The translations under genes and the position numbers were made by a program. This document shows positions 36,068-47,355 of a stretch of 64,000 nucleotides of DNA, piece by piece. Location of the stretch: the NCBI GenBank assembly GCA_964106645.2, contig OZ067041.1. The stretch is one strand, 5' to 3'. Origin of the DNA: Podarcis pityusensis. Lineage: Eukaryota. How positions within the stretch are numbered: the first letter of the stretch is position 1; every line of letters begins with the position of its first letter. The notes beneath the pieces were generated by a model. It did no database searches. It was not told where the DNA came from and worked only from the letters and a program-made list of their open reading frames with translations.

Positions 36068-36221
36068 CAAGAACTAACTTAGTTGGTCTTAAAGGTGCTA
36101 CTGGAAGGATTTTTTTTATTTTGACTATGGCAGACCAACACGGCTACCTATCTGTAACTGGACTCATTGGGTAGATTTTGATGCAGGGCCGTTCAGGGAT
36201 ATCTACTCAAATATTGTGGGA

Positions 36222-36372
36222 GGAAGCTGCATTATAGTGAGTCAGATCATTGGTCCATCATTGGCAGCAGCTCTCCAGGCAAGGCTGTCTCCCAGCCACA
36301 CTTGGAGATGCCATTGAGAATTGAACCTCGGATCTTCTACTTGCATGTGCTCCACCACTGAGCTATGGCCCC
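36222..36372 (-). mobile_element. tRNA-derived SINE (Squam2-like)
   Basis: Head ggggccatagctcagtggtggagcac on the minus strand. Confidence 0.7.
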
Positions 36373-37092
36373 TCCTCTCATTCGACTTTGTTGCGAACAT
36401 TGACCAACACTGGTTCCATCTTACTTTGAAATATATCTTTCTATTCTGGTGCAATGTCTAAAAGGACAAATTATAATCTACAGGAGTGTTGTGTGTATTG
36501 CTGCAAGCAGAAGAGAACTGGACTGAGTTTAATACCATGGAGCAATTTTGAACTGATTTACTATGCTAGATTTTTTTTTTTTTTTGGTGCTTTTACAACA
36601 ACATTAATTCTCACACACTGCTGCCTTGACATTAATTACTTTGCAACAAAGACAAATGATCTTTGCAAACTGCTTGGTGCCATGCATGTATTAACAGAGG
36701 CTGGCCAGTGGCATGTGGATCAGAAGTAGGGTGGAAATTCAACTCATTACGATAATGAAGTAGCTTGCCAATACCTGCTAGGAAAGTGACAAGTCTGCAA
36801 GGTGAATAAAGACCACCACCAAAGCTTTACCTCCTTGAAACCCACTCACCCCCTGGGAGTGTGCTTTCTTAATTGTGGACTTTACCATGCCCAGCCCATT
36901 AATTTTGCGCAGATAAATAAATAAACCTTCCCTCATGCTGTGGTTGCAGCGTTAGTCTCCCCCCCCCTTGCCTAGTGCTGCTGGGTTTTATAAAGGGCTA
37001 TTTCTTTAGTGCTAGATCCTCAGCAGTACACTCTTAATAATGCCTACTCAGAGGTTAGCCCCACAGAGATAAATGGGACATACTCCCAAGTA

Positions 37093-37273
37093 TAGTCGTA
37101 CCATGGAAGTTGAACAGAATCCATTCTGGAAGTCCGTTCGACTTCCAAAACGTTCGGAAACCAAAGCGTGGCTTCTGATTGGCTGCAGGAAGCTCCTGCA
37201 GCCAATCGTAAGCCCCGGAAGCCCCGATGGATGTTCGGGTACCACTGTACATTCAAAAACCGAGGTACCACTG
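37093..37273. mobile_element. Tigger/pogo-like MITE family B with duplicated right end
   Basis: ta|tagtcgtacc ... ggtaccactgta occurs twice; interior shared with 38370-38597 and 61950-62203. Confidence 0.8.
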
Positions 37274-37365
37274 TATTTTGAGTTATCAAGCTATGTTTGA
37301 ATATAACACTATGGAGTCAAACTGAGAAGACCGAAGAGCAGTTTAATTAATATTGGTGCATTGGG

Positions 37366-37673
37366 CAGTGGAGGCCAGTCCAGTAGGATGAAGGGGAGAC
37401 ACTGCCTCACCAACTTTGGTCTGCCTTCAGCTAGTCCCTATTTGTATGACTTCTTTCTTACAACCACTCTAGAGAGCAGCACTGCTTGTCAGCTTCATCC
37501 TCCTTAGTTGCCCTTGTAGAACTCAAAGGGAGCAGGATGGGGACTATGTGACTATGTTCACCCACAACTTAACAGGGACAACGCTAGAATTTGTTGGGCT
37601 GGCTCTGGCTCCATGCCCGCTGAGGCTCCCTGCCTCCCACCCTACCAGTCTCAATGGGCAGAAGCCACCAGTT
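37366..37673. mobile_element. Degenerate hAT MITE
   Basis: cagtggaggc start; near TSD gcattggg / ccattggg. Confidence 0.55.
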
Positions 37674-38369
37674 CCATTGGGGTATGTGCTGAATGATGAT
37701 CACTTGGGCTCTCAACAAAGAACATAATTAATTTCCCAAGCACTAGATCTCTCAGGCAATCCTTTGTGCATCTCTCTGCAGGGTAGGATATACACAATTT
37801 CCTAGCAACTGTGGCCTAAAACCAATGCATTTTGGAAGATAACTTTCAAGATGTGAATGCAAGTTTAATTAAGACAGTGAAAAGTTTGGCAATTCCACAT
37901 TGCAATCCATTTGCTCGTATAGCTGTTTTCAGTAATTTTAGAAAAGGATTAAATAGCGGTGCAAGCTTAACAATTTTTTAATGCTCGAATAAACAAGTGG
38001 GAGCACCAAGTGCATTGGCTGGCAACTGTTTGGGGCCAGCGATGGATGCAAAAACAATGACACAATAAAAATATTCTTCATAATAGGGTGTCTTGTTCCA
38101 TCTGTTTGCTTGTTTATTTTAGAGAGAGTAGGACACAATTATAAAAGGCGGTGTCATCTGAGAAGAGAGCACAATATAATTATCAAAAATATGCATGAGG
38201 AAGAAGCAGCCCTGTTGCTGTCAACAGTGACTCAGACGCAAATATTAGGGGGAGGGATCAGCACCCTATTAGATGGAATCTATATGGATGCAGCATCCAT
38301 ATGTATGGATGCATACACACACACACACACACACACACACAGGTACAGAGAGAGAGACAGAGAGAGTTG

Positions 38370-38597
38370 AATCTTGGTTCTCAAATGCCTTCTGACTCGA
38401 ACGTTTTGGCTCCCGAATGCCACAAATCCGGAAGTAAGTTTGCAAACGTTTTTTATAAGCCGAATGTCCAACGCAGCTTCTGCTTGAGTGTAGGAAACTC
38501 CTGCAGCCAATCGGAAGCTGCACCTTGGTTTCCAAACGTTTTTGGAAGTCGAACAGACTTCCGGAATGGATTCCGTTTGAGAACCAAGGTATGACTG
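38370..38597. mobile_element. Tigger/pogo-like MITE family B (left TIR lost)
   Basis: Ends aaccaaggtatgactg followed by TA; shares the cctgcagccaatcggaagc core. Confidence 0.75.
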
Positions 38598-39469
38598 TAT
38601 ATCTATCTATCTATCTATCTATGGATGCAGCTGCTCATCGGGCTCCATTCAGGTATAAAATAGGGATGGACAGTTTAGTATATTTCCAGTCTGTGTCAGT
38701 TTTGCATGTGTTCATTCGTAAATCCTTTCTGTTCCATTTCTGCAATAATCTGGGATTCTTTTTTTATTTTAGAAAATCCATAGAAAAAATTGCATTTAAA
38801 TACATAGAGTTTATCTTCACCTGCCCCAGCTGCCCCAAAACATGTCTCTTTTGTGTTGGTCTCTACAGACATAGCAGGCGCTGAATCTTCCAACAGTTTG
38901 ACTTCACTTCCAAAGGCGCACTCCTCCCAAAACAGATGGAGGCCAACAAGTTTATCACAACATTTTAAAATATGTATTTTATCTCCATGTTGGCATTTCT
39001 AAAAAGAAATCCCTAAAATATGCATTTTAAAAACTTTTCTGGGTTCCATTTCTAAAGCCAAGAATGCATTGCAAAAGTGTGAGATTCAAAGGATAATTAT
39101 GTCCCTTGTATGCATACCGTGAAATAGGTTGGTTTGCTTAAAAATGTGGAGAAAACACAGTTTTGCTCCAGCCTTACTTAGGTGTGTTAGGTTGCAACCC
39201 GAAAATTTCTCCTGTACCTTTCAATTTACCACTGAATCAGGAGACCAGGTAGTCGTCCCTTATTCCATTCGCACACCCTAGTTCTGTAACCTGTTGGTTC
39301 TTCTGGTCTCTCATCTACTGAAAGGAGAAGGACACAAAGTGCTTCACAGCCAGAACAGGAAGGGGAAGATGACGGGGCTCAACAAGGGCAGAAAGCTGAC
39401 TGGAAAACACCACCACTAATACTTTGTTCCCAGTTCAGAGCTAGATTTAAAAGGCATTGGGTGGATTTC

Positions 39470-39771
39470 AGGTTCCACCTGCAGTATACATTTATAGCAG
39501 TATAATACCACTTTAAACAAGTCATGGCTTCCCACAAAGAATCCTGAGAACTGTCGCTTGAGGATAATTTTGAGACCCATAGGCTCCTCACAGAACTACA
39601 ATTCCCAGAGTTCACTGAGGGACTGATTGTTAAACCACTCTGTGAAGGGAATAAGGGCCTCCTAAAACTCAGCACCCTTAATGAACCAGATTTCCCAGGA
39701 TTCTGTGGGGAAAGCCATGACTATTTATAGTGTGCTGATACCGCTTTAAATGCATAGTGTGGATGGGACCC
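39470..39771. mobile_element. Palindromic MITE, PIF/Harbinger-like
   Basis: Long imperfect TIRs ggttccacctgcagtatacatttatagc / gctttaaatgcatagtgtggatgggacc; partial copy at 62665-62860. Confidence 0.65.
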
Positions 39772-41279
39772 TAATCAGGATACAAGTGTAACAAATTTTT
39801 TGTATGCCTTTCCTGAAAGGAGCCTAGAGAGGTACACAGATGAGTGGGATCTGAATGGAGGTTTCCCACCTCCAAGCCCAATTCTCTTGCTCAGGGGTCT
39901 CCCCAGGGTTCAAATATCACCCTCCCGGTCTCTTTATCTTGGTCCTCAGGACTTGTCCAAAACCACACACTGCTCTGTAAGCCACACCCATCGCTGTCCC
40001 TGCTTATCTTGATGAAGGACAGAAAGAGGTGTGTGCTATTATGCAAAGGTAAAATTTACATTAATTACTCTGCACACTTCAGAAAGTTGCCTAGAATGGA
40101 ATGTGGCCTTTGGGATAGAAAAGCTCCCCCACCTCTGTCTAAATATGTTTGAAAAGGGGTGTGTGTGGCTTATCTGGTTGTCCCTGGCCATCCAATGCTT
40201 TTGAATCTTCCATCTTGGTTTGTTAAGACTATATCCTGGTTACAAATCTATAACTATTTCACAAATCCCCTCCCTCTCCCCCAGCCTGCTTGTGCAGTTT
40301 CATATACTAGAAAAGCCAGTAATTTAGTCTCTCTCTCTCCCTCCCTCCCTCTCTCTCTCTCTCTCGCTCTCGCTCTCGCTCTCTCTCCTCCCTAATGGTC
40401 AACATCACAATTACATACTTGCGTTTTGCATATTCCTTAAAATCAGATTTTAGTAGATTTGGGTGTTTGTTTTATCATGAAGTTCTTAAAGAGGATCTGC
40501 AGTATTTCGTTGTGAAATAGTAGTGTTAAGTATAAAAGAGGGAGATTATGCCTATTTTGTGTCATGAGAAAGACACTTTTTGTGCCAGACTTGAGAAAGA
40601 TGGACCTTTCATTCCTTCTCAGTTTATCCCTTTTAAATTGAATTAAAGCGGCAAAAAGAACATTGACTAAATCCCTTCTGTGCAGTGAGAAGATTACATG
40701 CAGAATTGTGGTGGCAGGAACCTGACTTTTATGGGGTATTTGGGAGGCGTGGGTGAATGGGAGGGTTGACATGGTGGAAATGGGGTGCTCTGAAAAACAG
40801 GTGGCATTACCAAAAAAGAAAAAAAGTATAAACAAGCAGAACGCAGATCAGGATAACTTCATTATGTAAACTTGACATTTATAAGCAATTTAAGCCTCTT
40901 TTTTCGGAAGCAGCTACTACTATCTCTAATAGCAGCTGGAAGTTAGCCAAAGTCTTCCAAAGGACTGAATTATTTATGCTTCCAAATTAATATGTCTTTC
41001 CACTTCTCCAAAAGACTGCAGTGTGCTCTGCAGCAAGTTCTCCTCCTCTAAAAAGCATGTTTGCCCCACAAGATGGGGTGATGATCACCAACTTATAGGG
41101 CTTGTAAAATAATAATAATAATAATCATTGGGGCTGTGGGGGTGTGTGGATAAGGCTAGGCATAAGAACTGTCCTACTCCTGGGATCAGAAGCTGTGCCC
41201 AAGGAGTGTATATTGGTGAAAAAAATTCATTGCACAAGAATGCGTGGCATTAGGGAAAAATTGCTTGCAACAATATAAA

Positions 41280-41640
41280 TATTATTTATTTATATACAGT
41301 CCTTCACCCAAAGATCAGAGGGTGGCCTACAGCATAAAAATACAAAATGAGAACACAAAATGCATAACAATCCCCCACCCACAAACTAATAATCTCCTTC
41401 CCATTAACACCTTTAAAAGGCCCTAGAATTTTTTAATTAGCCAAAGGCCTGGAAAAAAGAGGAATGGTTTTGCCTGGCACCCAAATGAAAGCAGCAGGTA
41501 ATCTTCGCTGGGAAGAGCATTTCACAAAATGGGGAGCCACCTCAGAAAAGGCCCATTCTCATGTTGGCTCCCTCTGGATCTCTCATGGAGGAGGCACACA
41601 GAGATGATTATCACAGGGTCCAGGTCAGTTCACATTAGGC
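41280..41640 (-). mobile_element. Old L2 3' fragment
   Basis: gggaagagcatttcacaaaatggggagccacctcagaaaaggccc is the reverse of RAFSxxAPxLWNxLP. Confidence 0.55.
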
Positions 41641-42315
41641 AATGCTGCATTCATAAATGGATATATTCATCTGCACATAAAACCATGCAAATCTTCATGT
41701 GGACTTTTCATTTTAAAAAACCATAAGCTGTGATGTGAAAACAGAACAAAATGAAGTTTGGAAGAAATGAGTAACTGAGAGAAACCAAGGATGGATCTAC
41801 ACGGACCTGTTTAATGTTGTTAGGATGATATTAGAGATATCATTCCAAAATGTCACAGGGCAGTCTTGTAATTTAAATTGCTTCTTACCTTGTTTTTGTC
41901 CGTCAAAAAGCTGTTTCCCTATTGCTAGTTCCTGGTTGCTCTGCATCACCCTCTGGTGTCCCATTTTAATATTGCCTTATGAACTTTAAAAGCAGAACGT
42001 AATGTGTCCATCTATGTTATGAAAACCATTCCTTAACCCTTAACATTATAAACCATGAGTGTAGATCCATCCCAAGACTGACAAATTTATCAGGTGAAAC
42101 ACACACCTGTCATTGATCAACCCAACCAGATGGGTGGGGTATAAAATCATCATCATTGGGGATTATGTGAGTTTAACCCAACAAAGTCTGGAGAGCCTCA
42201 GTTTCCCTCAACCTTCTTGTAGGCCTAAATATCTTGAGCACAGCTGTCTCTGTGCTTAGGACTGCTCTTCTCCCTCTTGTCAGTCCTTCTAAATCTCTAG
42301 GCAAGGAATCTTGTA

Positions 42316-42557
42316 CAGTGGTACCTCGGGTTGAGTACTTAATTCGTTCCGGAGGTCTGTTCTTAACCTGAAACTGTTCTTAACCTGAAGCACCACTTTA
42401 GCTAATGGGGCCTCCTGCTGCTGCCCTGCCGCCGAAGCACGATTTCTGTTCTCATCCTGAAGCAAAGTTCTTAACCCGAGGTACTATTTCTGGGTTAGCG
42501 GAGTCTGTAACCTGAAGCATATGTAACCTGAAGCATATGTAACCCAAGGTACCACTG
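42316..42557 (-). mobile_element. Tigger/pogo-like MITE family A, opposite orientation
   Basis: TA TSD and TIRs; reverse complement of 17659-17884. Confidence 0.9.
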
Positions 42558-43608
42558 TACCTTTGAATGCTTTCGCCCTGCTGGCTTGGAATATTGTTTG
42601 TAACCATTTCAGCAAAGGCCAGCTGTGCCCATTAAAGCATCTATGATTTCCTATTGCTGCGCAGGTTTCTCTGCAGGCGTTTTAAATAACCCGAAAAATG
42701 TCCTGCAAATACCTAGGGCATTTATAATATTAAATAAAATTTACCTTTTAATCTCCTGCAGTTGATGTAATTTTATAAATAGGAACCAGAAACTGGGGTG
42801 GGGAATGACCTGCAGTATGAATCATTTTGCAAAGCTGACAAGAATCAGCCAATAAAATACCTAAGGCAGAGTTCCCATAGATGCCGGTAGGGTCGATGGA
42901 AACTGAAAGCACATTACTAAGGTTTTCAGGATAGCCTCAATTGTTTCAGATTGATTTTTAAAGTTGTTGTTACAGGCAGTTTCTCATAGCCCAAGTATGG
43001 AACTGAAGTAAGGTTGTCATGAAAAATCCATTAATAACTAAATATGATTAGGTTCCCTTTAGGGTACGCACAGAAACAGCACAACGCTTACCTTGCAACC
43101 TCCCAAAGGATAATTAAATTTCAGCTGCTAGCCTTTCCAAAACACTTTCCCAAGGAAAGCCTGTTAAAAAATAATTTGCATGGGCAGATATATATATATG
43201 TTCAATTCTACTCTTAAAATTGATGAAGGCAGATACACCCTGACTAGAAAGCTTTTGTGATGCAAAATCAGAACCCCAAGAAACTGGAATAATGGATCTG
43301 GCTGAAGACACTCAGCAGTGGTCCTAAAATTCGTCAAAGGCCAGAAGTCCACTCCAATCCCTTGGCTGATACAGAAGAACATTCTTTCAACATTACATGG
43401 GGATAGACAGCTTTGCTGCTGCTTCAAGCTGTGTCTAGGCTTCTCTCAGCTGTTCGGTGGTGTTCCTTTTCTAGTCTCAGACAAAATGCGCCATGCGAAT
43501 CATGCATTCCTGGGAAGGAAAAATATCTCTGTTGGCTCATGCAAGTTGGCTCATGCAAGGCACTCAAAAAACCACAACTGGGCTACATGTTTCTCTCATC
43601 ACACAGGG

Positions 43609-43719
43609 ATGACACAGAAAATGATCTTCCTGTGGAGCAGGATGCCCATACTGGCTCTCACATTGCTCCTGATGTTTACTGGAGCGCTGAGACACAAGAT
43701 GACAGCAGATGTCGTTGCA
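43609..43719 (+). CDS. Candidate first coding exon encoding a signal peptide or anchor (37 aa), gene unidentified
   Basis: Acceptor-like ttctctcatcacacag at 43591-43606, ATG at 43609, MTQKMIFLWSRMPILALTLLLMFTGALRHKMTADVVA, donor GCA|gtgagt at 43720; unique (non-repeat) context. Confidence 0.45.
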
Positions 43720-44229
43720 GTGAGTAGATAACATTATAGGCAACGACAGAGATGGCTCACCCTAGGGAGTCCCATTTTCAGTGGTGAGTTCGGTCTGTGC
43801 TGCAGTTCAAATTCATCTTATATTTCTTTCATGCAGTCTTAAATTCAGGGAGGATGAAGCTATTGATGGCTACAAGCCATGATGGCTATGTATCAGAGGC
43901 AATGTACCTCTGAATTCAGCTGTTAGGAATCACAAGTGGTGATAGAGCTGTTGTGCTCAGGACTTGTTTCCTGGCTTCCAATAGGCACCTGGCTGCTCCG
44001 AATCCTGCAGGCCTCCTCTGACATTCTTATGCACTAGGGAACATAATAATTGAGGGACTTCAATATTTGTTTTAAAAGCCTTTTAAACAATGTGCTCAAG
44101 GAAACCTGGGGGAGAAGGTAGGAATCTGGCCTCTCAATGACTGAGATTCGGTGTTATATTCTGAGCTGCAAATGTTTGGTTTTGTTCTCCTCTTCCAGGA
44201 GGAAAATTGTATGCCACGTTTTTATTCTA

Positions 44230-44482
44230 CAGTGGTGCCTTGCAAGACGAAATTAATTCGTTCTGTGAGTTTCTTCGTCTTGCGATTTTTTTCATCTTGC
44301 GAAGCACGGTTTTAACGGTATTAACGGTTTTAAGAAAAAGGAAACAAACTCGCAAGACGTTTTCGTCTTGCGAAGCAAGCCCATAGGGAAATTCGTCTTG
44401 CGAAGCAACTCAAAAAACGAAAAACTCTTTCGTCTTGTGCGTTTTTCGTCTTGCGAGGCATTCGTCTTGCGAGGTACCACTG
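44230..44482. mobile_element. Tigger/pogo-like MITE family C
   Basis: TA TSD; TIRs cagtggtgccttgcaagacgaa / ttcgtcttgcgaggtaccactg. Confidence 0.88.
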
Positions 44483-44640
44483 TATTTTAATTATCATATT
44501 TTATTTCATTTTACTCTTCACTTCTGTGAGCCACCCACAGAGCATTTGCTGATATGTGCAATAATTATTATTATTTTAAACTGCCTTCATGTGACTAGAT
44601 TGTGCAATGCTTGAAACATACGGGGAGAGTTGAAAGCACT

Positions 44641-44755
44641 GGGTGGCGTTCAAGTTTTACTCAGAGCAGAACTATTGAAATAAATGGACCAAGCATGGTT
44701 ATGTGCATTAGTTTCAATGAGTCTGCTCTGAGTAAGGCTTACTTGAATGCCAACC
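44641..44755. mobile_element. Short hairpin-shaped MITE-like repeat
   Basis: ttactcagagcaga...tctgctctgagtaa inverted arms; relatives at ~17425-17552 and ~20790-20890. Confidence 0.55.
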
Positions 44756-44881
44756 GTTGCCCTTTAGTTGGAGCTGTTGCTGTGCGAATACCAGCTAGTG
44801 AAGACATGCTTCTGTCACGGGTCGCATGACTTCCAATTGTTAAGCCCCACTCCCTTGCTTCAGAGGACCTCAGTGGGAGCT

Positions 44882-44894
44882 GTTGCCTGGCAAC
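44882..44894. promoter_or_regulatory. RFX X-box motif
   Basis: GTTGCCTGGCAAC fits GTNRCC(N0-3)RGYAAC. Confidence 0.35.
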
Positions 44895-45583
44895 TGCTAA
44901 ATGCCAGCAAGAGAAGATTTGCTTCCATCACGGTCTGAGTGAGATCCAGTTGCATAGGCCTCGCCACTAGTCCATTACTTGCCTCAGAGGAAGCCCAAGG
45001 TTGAGTATAGGAAATGCCACCTGAGCAATCCTGTCACTTCAGCAACATTTCAGTTCCCGTTACCAGACTTGGAGATCCTTTTTTTTTTGGTAAAAAGTGA
45101 CCCCAGCGCCATTTATTGCAAGGATACTGTGGGAATTCAGCTGAAGCTGAGGTTCGCCAGTTAATAACAGGAAATTAATGGCATGTTTAATGAACAGCGT
45201 GAGAAATGTCACTCTGCATTCTCTCCCCGTAATCTGGCTATGAAGGAAGCAGCACATGAAACTGTAAATCTTGTTCAATGGGGCTGAAAGATGCTCGTCT
45301 GTGTGCTGTGCTGCACCCAGAGGCTTTAGGTGCAGGGCAGCTGCTGGTAAATGGAGCCAGCCTGATCAAAGCATTGCTGTTTCAACAGACATCATCACCC
45401 ATTAGCAAGTTCACTGGAGTGAGTCAACCACAAAGGAAAGTAGGGATTTTTGTCTTGAGAATCTTTGCTAGCTGGTCCTTTAAACAGGGAGGTTGACCCT
45501 TTTCTTTTCACAGCTATACTTAAACTTAAAAAACAGTTATGCACCACAATCCTATGCAGGTTGCACTGTTTTCAGCAGAGCTT

Positions 45584-46095
45584 CTTGTTGTTGTTTAGTC
45601 GTTTAGTCGAGTCCGACTCTTCGTGACCCCATGGACCAGAGCACGCCTGGCACTCCTGTTTTCCACTGCCTCCCGCAGTTTGGTCAAACTCATGCTGGTA
45701 GCTTCAAGAACACTGTCCAGCCATCTCGTCCTCTGTTGTCCCCTTCTCTTTCTGCCCTCAATCTTTCCCAACATCAGGGTCTTTTCCAGGGAGTCTTCTC
45801 TTCTCATGAGGTGGCCAAAGTATTGGAGCCTCAGCTTCACGATCTGTCCTTCCAGTGAACACTCAGGGCTGATTTCCTTCAGAATGGATAGGTTTGATCT
45901 TCTTGCAGTCCATGGGACTCTCAAGAGTCTCCTCCAGCACCACAATTCAAAAGCATCAATTCTTCGGCGATCAGCCTTCTTTATGGTCCAGCTCTCACTT
46001 CCATACATCACTACTGGGGAAACCACAGCTTTAACTATACGGACCTTTGTTGGCAAGGTGATGTCTCTACTTTTTAAGATGCTGTCTAGGATGTA
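45584..46095 (-). mobile_element. Bov-B (RTE) LINE 3' fragment
   Basis: Open ORF LDSILKSRDITLPTKVRIVKA...SRTRLND, (CAA)n tail, TSD agcagagctt (45574-45583 / 46096-46105). Confidence 0.95.
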
Positions 46096-46332
46096 AGCAG
46101 AGCTTACATCCAGGTAAGAATGCAGAGAGGATTGCAGCACTTAATTTTCTCTGTATTGTGCTTGGTCCTGTGGATTATGCACAAGATGTTGCTCGTGATT
46201 TCTGGCTCAGATGAGTATATGTATATGTCCCTATCCAATTTGAGAGAGTAATGGGAAGATAAGCCTTCGTCTTTGTAGTGCGTTCTAGGATGAGGATCAC
46301 ATTTCACATTTAGGTGCATATCTGCATCCAGT

Positions 46333-46335
<3 letters not shown>

Positions 46336-46366
<31 letters not shown>

Positions 46367-46369
46367 CGA

Positions 46370-46415
<46 letters not shown>
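46336..46415. repeat. Compound (CA)n-(GAAA)n microsatellite
   Basis: Direct reading. Confidence 0.95.
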
Positions 46416-46418
<3 letters not shown>

Positions 46419-47168
46419 GTCAATGCATGGAGGGAACCATAGCCATAGGACCCCACCCCCCATTAAGATACCAAGAAACTTGTGTTTGTTAAAATGTTGG
46501 GTATTTATAAGAGATTGGAGGGAAGCCTTAGTGGGCAGAAAGTTGGAGTGTTCTGCCTCATTCCTTAGCCTTAGGATGTTGCAATGCCCTTCACAAGATT
46601 GGACTCATGCCTTCGTTTTTCTCATTTTTGGCAATGTCCTACATGGTTTTGTGCTTTAGCTAGAGACCCAAATATTTTCACACAGATCTCCAAAAATTGA
46701 ACCAATGTCAACTCTTTGCAGGAGAATGAGTGTCCTGAATTTTAGGCAGCATAACATTATTAACAAATAGATCACAGGGCTGCCAAGAAAATGTTCAGCT
46801 TTTGCCAAGTTTTAGCTGAAAAAGAAAATCTTTTTCTGAAATGTAAAAGGAGTAAGTGAAGCCAGAACCTCAAAGGAAACAGAAGGGGCCATTTTCCTAG
46901 TTAATGAATGTTCACACCAAATTGCCATCTCCTTTTAATAGGGGTAGCCAACATAGTGCCCTATAGATGTTTTGGACTCCAGCGTCCATCAGCATGGCCA
47001 AAGACCTTGAGGGCACCATGTTGACCACCCTTGACTTTGAAGAACCAGGCCAATAAATATATGACATCTAAAGCAGAAAATCCAAATCAAATGCTTCCTC
47101 AGTAGTGAAAATAAATGTAATGGTAGAAAAAGTCCTGACTTTTAAAGAGAACAGTCACCATTGCTCTT

Positions 47169-47355
47169 CACTGGTGGAGGAAGAGGCGTGCGGGGGGAGC
47201 ACACCGCCCCCGGCAGTGCAATCCTGGTGGGGTGCCATCACGGCTGCCCCCCTGCCCACACTGGGTGCTATGCCCCCAGGACGTGCGCCAGCCCTGCCTG
47301 CTTTCCACCCCCGCACACACACACCGTGGTGCCGGAGCATGAAGCTCCATCGCTG
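47169..47355. mobile_element. GC-rich hAT MITE with 8-bp TSD
   Basis: TSD ttgctctt (47161-47168 / 47356-47363); degenerate TIRs cactggtggag / ctccatcgctg. Confidence 0.8.

Larger units (their letters stand above)
34115..36161. mobile_element. Penelope-like element inserted as a ~2 kb inverted repeat
   Basis: Arms 34114-35113 and 35123-36122 are reverse complements with a 9-nt spacer; extra 39-nt tail on the right; 12-bp TSD actcattgggta (34103-34114 / 36162-36173). Confidence 0.95.

Noticed and set aside
34114-36122. Palindrome as an assembly artefact
   Set aside because: Different unique flanks, a 12-bp TSD, an asymmetric 39-nt tail and an arm substitution favour a real insertion; read-level confirmation is still advised
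44230-44482. CRISPR-like repeat array
   Set aside because: Repeats are only 10 bp, irregularly spaced, on both strands and inside a TA-flanked MITE in vertebrate DNA
45623-46096. 157-aa plus-strand ORF (and 21105-21464 minus)
   Set aside because: Antisense frame of Bov-B
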